Below, one piece after another: positions 1 to 12,939 of a stretch of 64,000 nt of DNA. The stretch comes from Chiloscyllium plagiosum (Eukaryota), in contig NC_057723.1 in assembly GCF_004010195.1 (NCBI RefSeq), positions 66,707,055-66,771,054 on the forward strand, given 5' to 3'. Made by a program: the position numbers and the translations under genes. Below the pieces are notes generated by a model. That model did no database searches. It saw only the letters and a list, made by a program, of their open reading frames with translations, and was not told where the DNA came from. Every line of letters begins with the position of its first letter. The stretch's first letter is position 1.

Positions 1-499
1 TCAAATGATCGGATTCTAAAAAACAAAAGGTTTAGTTCAAATATGTTCTCTAGGTACATAAATGAACAAATCCATTGTGTGCTGCGATACCAAGTTTAAG
101 CATAATGGAGTAATCATTTATTGTACTCGTTAGCCAGCACTTTGTGGGGAAAGTTCTAATTAGCTTATGGTAGAAAGGATGTGAAAGCATAGACTCACAA
201 GGATGATAACAGGGATAGGAAACAATGCTCATGAGATGCCATTTGAGATAATGAGACCAAGTCCTCTGGCGGAGAAGGCTAAAATACTTCATTTATTGGA
301 ACGTGCTTTAGGAAAGTAAATAGGAAAAGACTATTTCCTCCGGCTGGGGAGTTAACATCAAAGAGTCATTAATTTTAAATGGTCACTGGGGATAGAAGAG
401 AGGAGTAAGGAGAAACTTTTACACAAGGAGGTTAGAATGTAGAATGGTTTGTCAAAATGGAGTACTTTAAATGGATAGCACTTCCACTTTTAAGGAGTC

Positions 500-647
500 A
501 TGACTGGGAGGTGCCAGTGCTGGACAAAGTTAAAAATCACACAACATCAGGTTATAGTCCAACAGGTTTATTTAGAAGCACTAGCTTTCAGAGCGGCTCT
601 TCCAAATAAACCTGTTGGACTATAACCTGGTGTGTGATTTTTAACTT
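500..647. mobile_element. Penelope-derived fold-back repeat (hammerhead centre partly deleted)
   Basis: AAGTTAAAAATCACACAAC..GGTTATAGTCCAACAGG arm followed by its inverse. Confidence 0.7.
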
Positions 648-1625
648 GAGTGGGACACCAAAAATATTTGAAGTGAATGAATGTTGAGAACCATAGCGGA
701 ACAGCATAGGATTAGCAATGGATTAACCTTGAAAAGATCACATATAAACACAACAGGCCGAACAGCCATCTTTCTATGCTGTAAACGTTGTAGTTCTGTG
801 GACAAGAATGACGACATATACACCTATACTTCTAGAAAGCTCAACACATTTGAATCAAACCTGGAAAATTCCAGGTCTCTTCAGCTCAACTGTACACCTT
901 AATACCATACATGGAGATTGAAAGTTCAAAACGTTCATTGCAAAATGTAAAAGACTGTACCAGTAGAATTAATACAGTTGAATAATCAGTTAAAAATCGA
1001 ATAGATTTCTCGTCTGTGTGCTGTGCTTGGTTTTAAACAGAGAGCAGGCAAACACTGCTTTTGACAGGTGGTCGTTCAATCGACTTCATCTATATCAACT
1101 CTCCAAAATAACATCTCCTTAAGCCCCTTGCCATTACCGTTCTTCATACACTGATTAATTAATTTCCCAATTCCTTGTTCAAAGTTGTGACAAGTTATAG
1201 TAATTGCTTCTGACATAAATCTAAACAGAAAGAAGATTAACTTCTCTTTTGACAGAGATCATGAGTTGAACTTCCCCACATAAAGAATTGTATGATTTTT
1301 TTTCATGACTGGCTATCTGAAAGTGCTTCACAGCCAATGAAATACTCAGTGTTAAAACCAATGTTTCATTTTTGCATTCTAAACTGTAATAGAAAGGCCA
1401 GTTTAGCACAGTTGGCAGGATGGCTGATTTGTGATTTAGAATGACACCAATAGTGAGAGTTCAATTCCTGCACCAGTTCAAATTACCATGATGGGCTCCC
1501 CTTCTCAACTTCTCCTTCCGTCCAACGTGTAGTAACCCATAGGTTAAATCACCAATCAGCTCTTCCTAATGAGAGCACAGCCCCTAAGGTCTAATAAGAC
1601 TATGGTGACTTACCCTTTTAGACTA

Positions 1626-1779
1626 TATTTGGAGATGCCTGTGTTGGACTGGTGTGGACAAAGTTAAAAATCACAACACCAGATCATAGCCCAACAAGTT
1701 TATCTGGAATCACTAACTTTCGAGACTAGTGCTTCCAAATAAACCTGTTGGACTGTAACCTGGTGTTGTGATTTTTAAG
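1626..1779. mobile_element. Penelope-derived fold-back repeat
   Basis: Same family; 11-bp TSD CTTTTAGACTA at 1615-1625 and 1780-1790. Confidence 0.75.
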
Positions 1780-1817
1780 CTTTTAGACTACAGTGCATCA
1801 AGACTGAACAGATAAAT

Positions 1818-2032
1818 GATTTGGAGATGCCAGTGTTGGACTGTGGCGTACAAAGTTAATAATCACAACACCAGGTTATAGTCCAACAGGTTTAATTGGA
1901 AGCACTAACTTTCGGAGCGCCGCTCCTTCATCAGGTCAGCACAACCACCTGATGAAGGAGCAGCGTTCCGAAAGCTAGTGCTTCCAATTAAACCTGTTGG
2001 ACTATAACCTGGCGTTGAGAAATTTTTAACTT
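1818..2032. mobile_element. Penelope-derived fold-back repeat with a hammerhead motif in each arm
   Basis: Inverted arms of about 85 bp; 13-bp TSD TGAACAGATAAAT at 1805-1817 and 2033-2045. Confidence 0.8.
1946..1980 (+). ncRNA. Minimal type I hammerhead ribozyme motif
   Basis: CAC-CTGATGA-A-GGAGC-AGC-GTTCC-GAAA-GC-TA-GTG: stem I, catalytic core, stem II, palindromic AGCT stem III. Confidence 0.65.
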
Positions 2033-2447
2033 TGAACAGATAAATCAAGCCTAGCCACATGCTCATCACATGAAGAGGTTCTTTGATGCCAGTCTTTGAA
2101 GATGCTGGTTCACTCGTGGTAAGTTACATGGAGATCTACCAATCAAGTGTGGTAAATGTAGAACTTGAGAAGCAGGCCAAGCTCTCATCATTCTTTACTT
2201 CATTTTCCAACATGTCACCAAGCTAATTCCACAATCCCTCCATACCTGAGCCTTACCTCCAACTGCATCACTAAGTATTAAGATCTTCACCTGTCCTCTG
2301 GATACGTAAATCAATTTTGGTACCAAGCATTCACAATTTGACGTTTGGTTTATAAAATCCCATCCCATGATAGACCAAATGACTCTGCATTTGCACGGAA
2401 ACACACAGGACAGGCTCCTAGGAATTTCCAACCAAAGCTGGAACTTT

Positions 2448-2795
2448 AGAATCGCAGAATCCCTACAGTATGGAAACAGGCCCTTCGGCCCAACAAGTCC
2501 ATACCGAACCTCCGAAGAGTAACCCACCTAGATCCATTGCCCTACCCTATTATCCTATATTTACCCCTGACTAATACACCTCACCTACATATCCCTGAAC
2601 ACTATGGGCAATTTAGCAATTCACCTAACCTGCACATCTTTGGACTGTGGGAGGAAACCAGAGCACCTGGAGGAAATACACGCGCACATGTGAAGAATGT
2701 GCAAAGTCCACACAGACAGTCACCTGAGGTTGGAATCGAACCCAGGTCCCTGGCGCTGAGGCAGCAGTGCTAACCACTGGACCATCGTGACGGCC
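2448..2795 (-). mobile_element. tRNA-derived SINE (HE1/V-SINE type)
   Basis: tRNA-like head GTGGTTAGCACTGCTGCCTCA...GGTTCGATTCC, conserved core, and the GGGCCTGTTTCCA tail. Confidence 0.8.
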
Positions 2796-4431
2796 TTAAG
2801 CCTTTCCTTTCCCAGCAGCACAATGGGAGATGTGCACTTTTCATATCCATAAAACCATGGCGATAAACACCACATTCAACTAGTGCAAAAGACCAGGGAG
2901 CAGGGCTACAAACCAGATCCACAAGTACAACAAACCTTTTATTAACTGGCACCTATGGAACCAGGAGTGTGCCAATTGACCAAATATTCTGGATACTCAA
3001 GAGGTATGCCTCACCACAGTAAACCTGACCAAGCAAAGCGTCTAGACAGATTTTTTTGAGGGATGTGGCTATGTAAAAACATCAAACATACCTGCTAAAA
3101 TGAATGCAAAAACACAGTAAGTAACAGAAGTGCAATGCCGTACACACATAATTGTTATACTTTATTTACAGCATAACTACTCACACATTATGGTAGAGTG
3201 CAGTATTTGAGGCATATACTTTTTGCCAGTTTATCAAGAGTGCTGATTATAACAAAGTTTATTGTATAGCAAAAGCAGCCTAAAGAATATCTGCACAAAT
3301 CACTGGACTTCATTCTGCTACAATCCAATTCCTCACAGACAGAACTGTCAATAATTTACTCACCACAATCCAAAGATGTGTAGGTTAACCATGGTAAAAA
3401 TGTGACTTTATGGAGATGGGGACAGGGGAGCTGAGTGTGATGCTGTTTGGACGTCAAATGGCTTCTTTCTGCACTGTAGGGATTCTATCATTCTAACAAA
3501 CATTTACATAGGGACCACTACATCAGATACTTCTAAAACATTAATATCCTGTTCAAGTATAGTGACTTTGATCATGTAGAACACCAAGCAATTGCACACA
3601 AAATCCCACAAGTGGCAATATGGTCTGAACACTTGAAAACCTTCCCTGTTCGAATCATGCCAAGGGAGCTTTTGCATCCATCTGAAAAGATGGGTGAGAC
3701 CATGGTTTTAATAGTGTCATCTAGGATGACACCTTTAACAGTTATGCACTGCAGTGTCAAAATGGATATGTTCAAATCTCTGGAGTGAGATTTCCATACA
3801 TTGCCTTCTGACTCGTGGCAGAAAGCCCATATTGATTTACAAACTGCTTATGAAGCAACTGTGCAGATGGAAGCACAAGGACAGGTACAGCTGGCTGTTG
3901 TCAGCATACATATGAAAACCAATGCTGGGTTTTCTGTTGTCATTGCTACAGGGCAGCAAGTAAATGAGAAAAGGTATCGAAGAGACTCTCATAGCACTGA
4001 CACTTCTCACATGCAAAATCCAGCCACGTGTGTCTTGTCTCCTCTTGTATGGTTTAAACCAGCAATTTGCTCAAGTTTCTAACTGTTCCTTTTATTATTT
4101 GTCTCCTTCTGTAGTGGTACCTTCTCAGTGCCATGAGCTGCATTTTTCTTTACTAAAAATTGCTGACACCTGCCAATCACAACCAACGATCAGACTGCTC
4201 ACCATACCTTAGACGCTCACAGTTGAACTTACTGATGCCCTCACACACCGGGATAATTCCACAGACACACAACTCAAAATACTTAGTTGTTAAATTCAAC
4301 TCCAGGTATCAACAGCTACCCATCAGAAACCAGTGGGTAGAAACCCTTTTCAATTCCTACCAACTTCTTGTACAGAGACAAAAGAGTAATTATACTGTCC
4401 AACATATCAGTCTAACTCCAACAAGCACCTA

Positions 4432-6372
4432 GGAGAAAGTGAGAACACCAGATGCTGGAGATCAGAGCTGAAAAATGTGTTGCTGGAAAAGCACAGCAGG
4501 TCAGGCAGCATCCAAGCAGCAGGAGAATCAACTTTTCAGGCATAAGCCCTTCTTCAGGAATGAGAAAGGTCTGCCAAGCAGGCTAAGATAAAAGGTAGGG
4601 AGGAGGGACTTAGGGGAGAGGCGTTGGGAATGCGATAGGTGGTAGGAGGTTAAGGTGAGGGTGATAGGCCGGAGAGGGGGTGGGGGCGGAGAGGTCGGGA
4701 AGAAGATTGCAGGTGCCGAGTCCGAGGGTTGGGACTGACATAATGTGGGGGGGGGGGGGGGGGGGGCGGGGGATGGGGGAGCTGGAGGAATCGGCATTNN
4801 NNNNNNNNNNNNNNNNNNNNNNNNNNNNNNNNNNNNNNNNNNNNNNNNNNNNNNNNNNNNNNNNNNNNNNNNNNNNNNNNNNNNNNNNNNNNNNNNNNNN
4901 NNNNNNNNNNNNNNNNNNNNNNNNNNNNNNNNNNNNNNNNNNNNNNNNNNNNNNNNNNNNNNNNNNNNNNNNNNNNNNNNNNNNNNNNNNNNNNNNNNNN
5001 NNNNNNNNNNNNNNNNNNNNNNNNNNNNNNNNNNNNNNNNNNNNNNNNNNNNNNNNNNNNNNNNNNNNNNNNNNNNNNNNNNNNNNNNNNNNNNNNNNNN
5101 NNNNNNNNNNNNNNNNNNNNNNNNNNNNNNNNNNNNNNNNNNNNNNNNNNNNNNNNNNNNNNNNNNNNNNNNNNNNNNNNNNNNNNNNNNNNNNNNNNNN
5201 NNNNNNNNNNNNNNNNNNNNNNNNNNNNNNNNNNNNNNNNNNNNNNNNNNNNNNNNNNNNNNNNNNNNNNNNNNNNNNNNNNNNNNNNNNNNNNNNNNNN
5301 NNNNNNNNNNNNNNNNNNNNNNNNNNNNNNNNNNNNNNNNNNNNNNNNNNNNNNNNNNNNNNNNNNNNNNNNNNNNNNNNNNNNNNNNNNNNNNNNNNNN
5401 NNNNNNNNNNNNNNNNNNNNNNNNNNNNNNNNNNNNNNNNNNNNNNNNNNNNNNNNNNNNNNNNNNNNNNNNNNNNNNNNNNNNNNNNNNNNNNNNNNNN
5501 NNNNNNNNNNNNNNNNNNNNNNNNNNNNNNNNNNNNNNNNNNNNNNNNNNNNNNNNNNNNNNNNNNNNNNNNNNNNNNNNNNNNNNNNNNNNNNNNNNNN
5601 NNNNNNNNNNNNNNNNNNNNNNNNNNNNNNNNNNNNTCGTCATTTCTGCCACTTCCAAACAGACCCCACCACCAAGAATCTATTTCCCTCCCCCCCCCTA
5701 TCAGCGTTCCGGAAAGACCACTCCCTCCGCGACTCCCTCGTCAGATCCACACCTCCCACCAACCCAACCTCCACTCCCGGCACATTCCCCTGCAACCGCA
5801 AGAAATGCAAAACCTGCGCCTTCACCTCCCCCCTCACTTCCATCCAAGGCCCCAAGGGATCCTTCCATATCCGTCAGAAATTCACCTGCACCTCCACACA
5901 CATCATTTACTGCATCCGCTGTGGCCTCCTCTACATTAGGTAGACAGGCAGCCTACTTGCGGAACATTTCAGGGAACACCTCTGGGACACCCGCACCAAC
6001 CAACCCAACCGCCCTGTGGCTGAACACTAACTCCCCCTCCCACTCCGCCAAGGACATGCAGGTCCTTGGCCTCCTCCATTGCCAGATCATGGCAACATGA
6101 CGTCTGGAGGAAGCGCGCCTCATCTTCCGCTTAGGAACCCTCCAACCACAAGTGATGAATGGAGATTTCTCCAGCTTCCTCATTTCCCCTCCCCCCCAAC
6201 CCAGTCCCAACCCTCGGACTCAGCACCGCCTTCTTGACCTGCAATCTTCTTCCCGTCCTCTCCTCCCCCAACCCCTCTCCGGCCTATCACCCTCACCTTA
6301 ACCTCCTACCATGTATCGCATTCCCAACGCCTCTCCCCCAAGTCCCTCCTCCCTACCTTTTATCTTAGCCTG
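4432..6372 (+). mobile_element. 5'-truncated Penelope-like element with GIY-YIG endonuclease and inverted terminal copy
   Basis: 5637-6180 encodes CNRKKCKTC...IIYCIRC..LYI...FREHL...LEEARLIFRLGTLQP. 4577-4790 is the reverse complement of 6180-6375. A 16-bp TSD CTCCAACAAGCACCTA lies at 4416-4431 and 6373-6388. Spans a gap. Confidence 0.85.
4799..5636. other. Assembly gap
   Basis: Run of N. Confidence 0.99.
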
Positions 6373-7619
6373 CTCCAACAAGCACCTACACTGCAATCCA
6401 TTTTGTATAGCTTAATATCAAACCTACTTATCCACAGGAAGACACAGGACAAGTGAGTCCCTTTTCAATGTAATCCTGTCAGTGTCTGCATATGAATAGC
6501 TTCTCACTTCTCTTGCACAAGCCCACCCATAACCAGCATTAAAAGAGCTCAGATCCTCACTAAACCAGGCAAAGTCAGCACTGGTTGTCACTTCAAACAA
6601 AAGTACAGAGTCCAAAATTATACAAGAGGCAAAATAAAAAAGGTTAGAAGCACTTCTATTTTGAAGTCGAGCAGTTACTTCAGAAATACAATGCCAGTCA
6701 ATGAAATGTCTTGTTGACCCTCTGCATGTCTTCAAGGAGGACTGGATCACTTCCTAACTGGCGCAAAAATCAAATCATGGGTGGCAAGTGCAACACACCA
6801 CCCCATTGATGTCCAAGGAATTGAGTCTTTCCCTCTCCGAGAGAAATGTTGAGCTTTCGATTATCCAGCCATACCAAAGTATAAGGCAGGTTAAACAGAA
6901 CTATTATTGTTTCTCTGCCCATTACTGAGAAATACTCCCAACACAACACAACCTTAAAGTAACTGGTGAGTCTTGTTCAATATGAGAAAATCAGCACTGA
7001 GAATGGAAGATGAGACACTTACTCAAAGGTAAACTGCTTGCCCCAACAAACTCCAGCAAATCACCCCAAAACTGCCCCATTGCAAAATGTACCCATTCTG
7101 ATTCTCTCAGCTAGTTTGCAAACCCACATTATGTGAAGTTGAGGTTACACAAAACTTCCATTGAAGCTGAACGCACAAAACATCCTAACCACAGCCCAAT
7201 CGGGAACACTGAAACATACAGCCATTCCTGTACCACCCACGCCACTCTGCCCTGCGGTCTCATGGTGCTCACTTCCACCGTGGCAGTGAAGCTTCGAACA
7301 AAGTATCTTGCCCTCTTTCTGTACTCGAAGCCCCACTGAACATTCCTGCACTCCTTGCATCCGCCCACATTCTTGATGCCCAGAGCCACTGCCCTATCTC
7401 AAATCACAGATCCTCGCCTCAACTTCCAGAGAACCCTACTCCCGAACGCTCACTTAACCCCAGTCCCTTCTTTTACCCTTCATCTCCTGCCTGTTTCTCT
7501 AAGCCTCATCCTGTTCTCTAAATCCGACCCCACCCCCCACCACCCCTTGACATGCTCCTGCCCATCTCCAATCCGCCTTTACCTCCAGCTCCCCCACACT
7601 TCTCCTTCTCCTGTATGTT

Positions 7620-8560
7620 TATCCTCCTCGCCCGCACCGACTGGATTCTGGGACGTGTTCCCTCCCGCACTTGGTGCTCAGAGCCGAAGGGAAGAACTGC
7701 AGCCAGAAGCGTTTCTGATGGGAACGCACTTGGCTCTCCGGCAGGATGTGCGGCCTGTGCCGGGGCCCCCGGCCGCGCCTGAGGCCGGCAGCACAGCCCA
7801 CCGCCTTCCCAAGCCCAACCCGGCCCCGAGCTCCGCGGGTCTCGGCCCCGAGCTCCGGGACTCACTCACCATCAGCTCAATACTTTTGTCCTCGATCACC
7901 GCGTCCGCCTCCATCGTGAGCCACACACAAGGAGAACAGAGAGATCAAGCTTCAATCCCCCGCCCCCCCACCTCGGAACAGGCCCAGTCCCAGTCCCAGT
8001 CCCAACCCACAGCCTGACGAAAAACGTCTGACGCAATCACGCCGCGCCCATTGATTTGTAACGTGATCCGCATCTGACATCACACGTTCCACGCGATGAT
8101 ACCAAACCCCTGTTCAATCGCCCCGCCTACTGACGGATTATCATGCCCCGCCCCACGCTGCACAACGCACGTCCAACCACGCCCTATCGCTAGCCTCGCC
8201 CACACAAGTAACCGCGCTCCCAAACACTAAACCACGCCCATGGCACTAACCGTGCCCACTCCACTAACCACGCCCACTCAACTAACCACGCCCATAGCAC
8301 CAACGGTGCCCACTCCACTAACCACGCCCCACTCCACTATCCACGCCCACTCCACTAACCACGTCCCTCTCCACTAACCACGCCCTCATCACCACACACG
8401 CCACTTCACCAACCGCGCCCACATTCACAATAAGGTCCCGCAACACTAACCACGCCCCACTTTCCTAGCCCCGCCCACTAACCACGCCCCCATCACTCAC
8501 CTCGTCCACGTCCGGCCCCGCTCGCTCCCCACAGGGAGCCCCCCTCTCCAATCCTGCTCA
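7620..8560 (-). promoter_or_regulatory. FBXW11 CpG island and promoter
   Basis: GC/CpG-rich region around exon 1, with TGACG/TGACAT ATF/CRE-like half sites at about 8015-8135, GC boxes, and an array of about nine CCACGCCC (SP/KLF) motifs at 8177-8490. Confidence 0.75.
7870..7914 (-). CDS. FBXW11: FBXW11 (beta-TrCP2) first coding exon; rest of gene lies left of the window
   Basis: Encodes MEADAVIEDKSIELM, matching the recalled vertebrate FBXW11 N-terminus MEPDSVIEDKTIELM. Ends in a GTGAGT donor (7864-7869) and sits in a CpG island. No further exon recognised in 1-7869. Confidence 0.88.
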
Positions 8561-9149
8561 TCAGTGAACGGTCCCACACGCGGCTATAGTCCAACAGCTG
8601 GTCGTGGAGCAGAATTATAAAACATAGACTTTACAGCAACAGGATTGCAGTGTAACGGAATGTAATATTAAACAAATTTAGTTTCAGTCTTTCACCTTTT
8701 AGGATGACCATGTTAGCCTCGGTGTAATTCTCAGAACTTTTAAAGTAACATTCTCAAGGTAGTTTTAACAACAGATGTCAGCTCAGATCATGCATTGAAG
8801 GTGTTGCAGTTTTTGAGCAAAATGAAATGTGATTCTGCAAGTACAAATTCACCCCGTGTGTGTGTGTGTGTGTGTGCAGGGGAGACCAGGGTGCATGTGT
8901 GGGAGGAGTGTGTGTGGGCACATAAGAGAGAGCTTGTGTATGAGAAAGCATCTGGGTGTGTGGGTACAGTGCAGTTTCAAAGGGGGTCGGTGTTGGGAAT
9001 GGGAAAGATGGCGGGGTTAGGAGGGTATGGGGATGTGATGGGAAAGGGTCTTCCTGGAGCTCAGAATGGGAATGGGGAAGACTTGGGAAGACAGCGGCGA
9101 GGAGTTGGGAAGATGAAGCGGAAGGGCAGGGGATGAGGACTGATGGGTA

Positions 9150-9870
9150 TGTGGGATATAGGTAAAGTAGTGTCACTTCTGCAATCATATTTACTTATGC
9201 AAGGTAAATTAACTCACACCAGTGTGTAATTGTTTCAGCCAAGAGCTGAGTCAACAAGAATGGAAACTATGTGGAGGAAATACATAATTGTTTTTGTATT
9301 AGCTAAAATTGTATGCAAGAATGAAACGTGAATGCAAAATAATGGTAGATGTTACAGACAAATAGATAAGGTGCTGTGAATATGTAGGTTAAGCCAGATA
9401 TGCTTGCACAAACAGTAGTTATAAGCATCTGTTTCCCACTTTTGCAGAAACACAGGAACAAACCCCAATTAAAAGGTCATAAGGATCAGTATGGTTGGGG
9501 AAAACACAGATGGAGGGAGTAGATAATGGTGAAGAAAGGATATACCTAACAATGGCCCACAGCGGGATGTGGTCAAACGGCCTTGTGAGGCCAGAAATAA
9601 GCATTTTGTCACAGACAAGGCCGGGTAAAGCAAGAGATTAACAGGATTAATGGGTGCCGGTCTTAGAGAAGTGGAAGATGTAAACAGAGGAGGAGGAATA
9701 GGAGGAAAGAATAGGAACCAAATTACATAAATATCGTGTACTAGTTGAATTCAGTGTGTGTGTAGACAGTGGGCATTACACCCTCTTGCAAGAGAAAAAT
9801 AAATGACACTACTGATTCAGATCTTGTCTCGGACTGAAATTATTGAAGTGTGTGAGCTTTGTTTCTCACA
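9150..9870 (+). repeat. ERV 5' LTR (721 bp)
   Basis: TGTGGGATATAGG...GTTTCTCACA; AATAAA at 9798-9803; direct repeat of 13744-14469. Confidence 0.93.
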
Positions 9871-10184
9871 TTTGGGTGCCGTCCGGAATGTTCTTCCATC
9901 GCTGTGGGTAGAGGCTGGCCCTGGACACTGGGAAGACACGTCCCATTCCCGATTGAGAAGCGGTCTCGTGTCCCGGTTTGGTCCGCTCCCTTGGGTGACT
10001 GGTACGAATCCCACAAGAGAAACATCTGAATCAGACAGTGAAAGGAGGTTGATAGGAAGTACGGCAAAAAGGGGCCAGGCAACTCTGTGCACAGACCAGG
10101 GTAAGAAAATTGACTTTTAAGTACTGCCTTGGTGGCTGGGATTGAGTTTTAGTAGTTAATAAGGGACTAACGAAGGAACTCAAT

Positions 10185-11950
10185 ATGGGCTGTGCCGTGC
10201 GTAAGGAAAAAGCCTCCAGGAGAACAAAAGAAGAAAAATGCAATGGAAATGGAGGCGGGGTCCCTTACAACATACCTCCAGAAAGTCCGTTGGGCAGGAT
10301 GTTGTGGAATTGGAAAAATAATGCTTGTACAAGGGAAAAAGATGATTAAATATTGTTGTTTTGTATGGACTAAGAAATCCATTCTTCGTCCCGCTGTCTT
10401 CTGGCCAAAGCACAGGTCGGATGAAGACTGGGTTTGTAAATATTTGAATTTATATGTCAATGAAAAACAGCCTTACAGTCAGGAGGAATCAGATTATACT
10501 TCAAGTCGGAAGGGCTAATGGCTGAAGTGCTACTGCGGGTACACTTTGTAACTAAGTCATGGCCAGACATCCAGAAAAATATTCAGAAGATAGAGGGCTG
10601 AAGCAAGGAGCACCCAGAGGTGTTGTTGCGGGAAGCTCAAGAAGTGTCTGTGAGATATGGTGTGTGAGAGAGAGAGAACGAAAAGAGCTGTACAGCTGGT
10701 AGAAAGTTTAACCCTTTGTGTTTTGGTTTGAATGCACATTTGTCTGTTGGTGATTGAATGTTTGCACTTTATTCCCTGGAGATTGAGTTCCAGGACTGTT
10801 TTGAATCTGATTTTTATTATGGAAACTTAACATGATTTCTTTTAAGGTTAAGGATTCTACAGTGATTATGAAAATAAAATGATAATTCCTGTTCTTTTTA
10901 CAGGTCATGACTGCCTTACTATCAGTTTCTAACTAATCTCTTTTATCCTTACATAAAAGTGATTTATAGAGGACAGTTGAAGTTTCAGTTCAACATTAGA
11001 TGCTACTAAAACAAAATCCTATGGTTAATATCTGTGACATTGTATTCAGCCATTGTTCATGCATTAGAAGTTTTTTTTTTAACTTGAATAGACAAATTCT
11101 TTTAAGGCAGCTCCGATTATTTCACGACCTATAGTATTGTAATTAAGCAATGATTGGTCAGGACTACTTAAGAAAACTAATTTTGGATTTAAATTAAGGG
11201 ACTAAAACTGGGTAATCACAGTGGATTTCAAAGTTGGGAACTGTATGCATTTTACATTTTAAATATTGAATAATGAATAAATGAATGTATAATATATAAA
11301 TATATTTACAAGTTAGGAACAGGCTTTAAAGTTAGCCAAGCATAAATTGATGAATTGGTATTTGAAGTTATGGGGAGCAAGAAATATTGCAATATTTCCT
11401 TAAAAAAATTCTCAAGGTCTAAATAAAACATTAGGTGATGAAGAACGGCCATTAGGTTGCCCTAAGGCTGTTCAGTTGGTTAAATTGGATCAGCAATTGA
11501 TCTGGCAATGTAACATGAGAAATAGAAACAAAAGGCAAAAATAATGCTAGCCCATGGTTGATGAAATAATAAAGAAAAGGACAAAACTAAAAGGAGAAAG
11601 AAACCGGAATGGTCGGGGAGGAGATGTTAAGGGGTCAGGTGGACAGGAACAAGGATCGAAGTGGAAATCCCCACAGGCAGGATGTTATTACTGTGAAAGG
11701 ACGGGTCACTTTAAGAGAGAGTGTCCAGATTTGAAAAAGGAAGTAAAGACAGTACCGTTTATGAACCTTGATGAAAAATAGAGGTGTCAGGAGTTCCTGC
11801 CCCCCGGAGACCCACCAGGAACCTTGATAAACTTAAAGGTGGGACTTTATAAAGAGGACGTAGTTTTCCTAGTCGGTACAGGGGCAGCAAGGTCATCCTT
11901 AAAATTTAAGCCCAAGGCAGGGGGAACGAAAGAGTTAATTGGATTATGGT
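10185..11950 (+). pseudogene. ERV gag-pro remnants
   Basis: MG start, MA-like FWPKHRSDEDWVCKYLNLYV, CA C-terminus FVTKSWPDIQKNIQK..LLREAQ, NC knuckle CYYCERTGHFKREC (11683-11724), TAG at 11779-11781 followed in frame by protease FLVGTGA (catalytic D changed to G). Confidence 0.8.
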
Positions 11951-12384
11951 GACAGTTTTGTGATGAGAGGCACGAAGAATCAGTTTTGCGCTCATGACAA
12001 AATACTGCCACCAAATTGGGACTGAATTAACTGCAAATGGTGCTATGAAATCTGTTGAGGTTCTTAAAAATGAATGTGCTCGAGCAAAACAATTACAGAA
12101 ACAGAATGAGAAAGCACAAGTGACTGGTATACAAATAGAACTGCGCAATTACAGTTTTAAAAATGTTTTGGTCATTTGTTGCGTTTCCACCCTGAATTAC
12201 AGATAATGATCTTTATATTTATATACTATATAATTAATATTTATAATTAATCGATTGCGATAGCCGGAATCAATATTAATTGGCAGGATCCCTTCACGCA
12301 GTCTCAGTGACCTGTCATATTGACTCATGGTTAATTTAAAACATGACTGTAGTAATTCATTGTTAATTAAAGAATGGAAAGCTA

Positions 12385-12790
12385 CATTACTGGCTGATGA
12401 GGTAATGAAAGAAGCAGCTCTGAATCTACAGGAAGCGGTGGTTTATTCCCTAATACCTACTGTCCCAGGTCCTCGGGAAGTTCCTATCTCTGGCCACTGC
12501 CAATCCCAGAAACTAAAGATTTGTTCTTAAAGAAGTATATTCTGGGCTTGTCCTCCTCTTTGTCTTTCCTCAGGAAACAGGGTTTATTGGCACAGACTCT
12601 GCTCCTTGAATTCGCTGTTCATCCGATCCGGCCAGGAGATTGCGTCTTAGTAAAATTATGGACATGCAGCCGGACTGGGAAGGGCCGTACCAGGCTCTTT
12701 TGACCACTGAAACGGTAATAAGGACGGCGGAGAAAGGCTGGACTCACTACACTTGGATAAAGGGCCAGTGGAATCTCCAGTTGAGGAAGA
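12385..12790 (+). pseudogene. ERV pol remnants (RNase H end, integrase C-terminus)
   Basis: LADEVMKEAAL; HPIRPGDCVLVK..QPDWEGPYQALLTTETVIRTAEKGWTHYTWIK (GPY/F motif). No RT recognised. Confidence 0.8.
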
Positions 12791-12939
12791 AGTCTGGACA
12801 GCCGAGTCAACGCAAGACCCTCTGAAACGCAGACTGAAGAGACTTTGAGTAACTGATTATACAGTGGCGACGTGAGCACGGGATTATTTCTGTAGGATTG
12901 TATATTAAACCTTTTTGTGCTTCAGCACGTTTTTTTAGA

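Noticed and set aside
1818-2032. miRNA precursors or CRISPR-like repeats
   Set aside because: The hairpins are dispersed TE-derived fold-backs with TSDs; there is no repeat-spacer array, and the context is eukaryotic.
4528-6100. Long ORFs of 250-500 aa in the ORF track (also 17656-18801 and 37946-39439)
   Set aside because: Artefacts of translating through N gaps.
7355-8017. 220-aa plus-strand ORF and overlapping ORFs at the FBXW11 island (likewise 36464-37144 and 39648-40232)
   Set aside because: Stop-poor GC-rich CpG-island sequence with no recognisable domains; the real exons are the short spliced ones.
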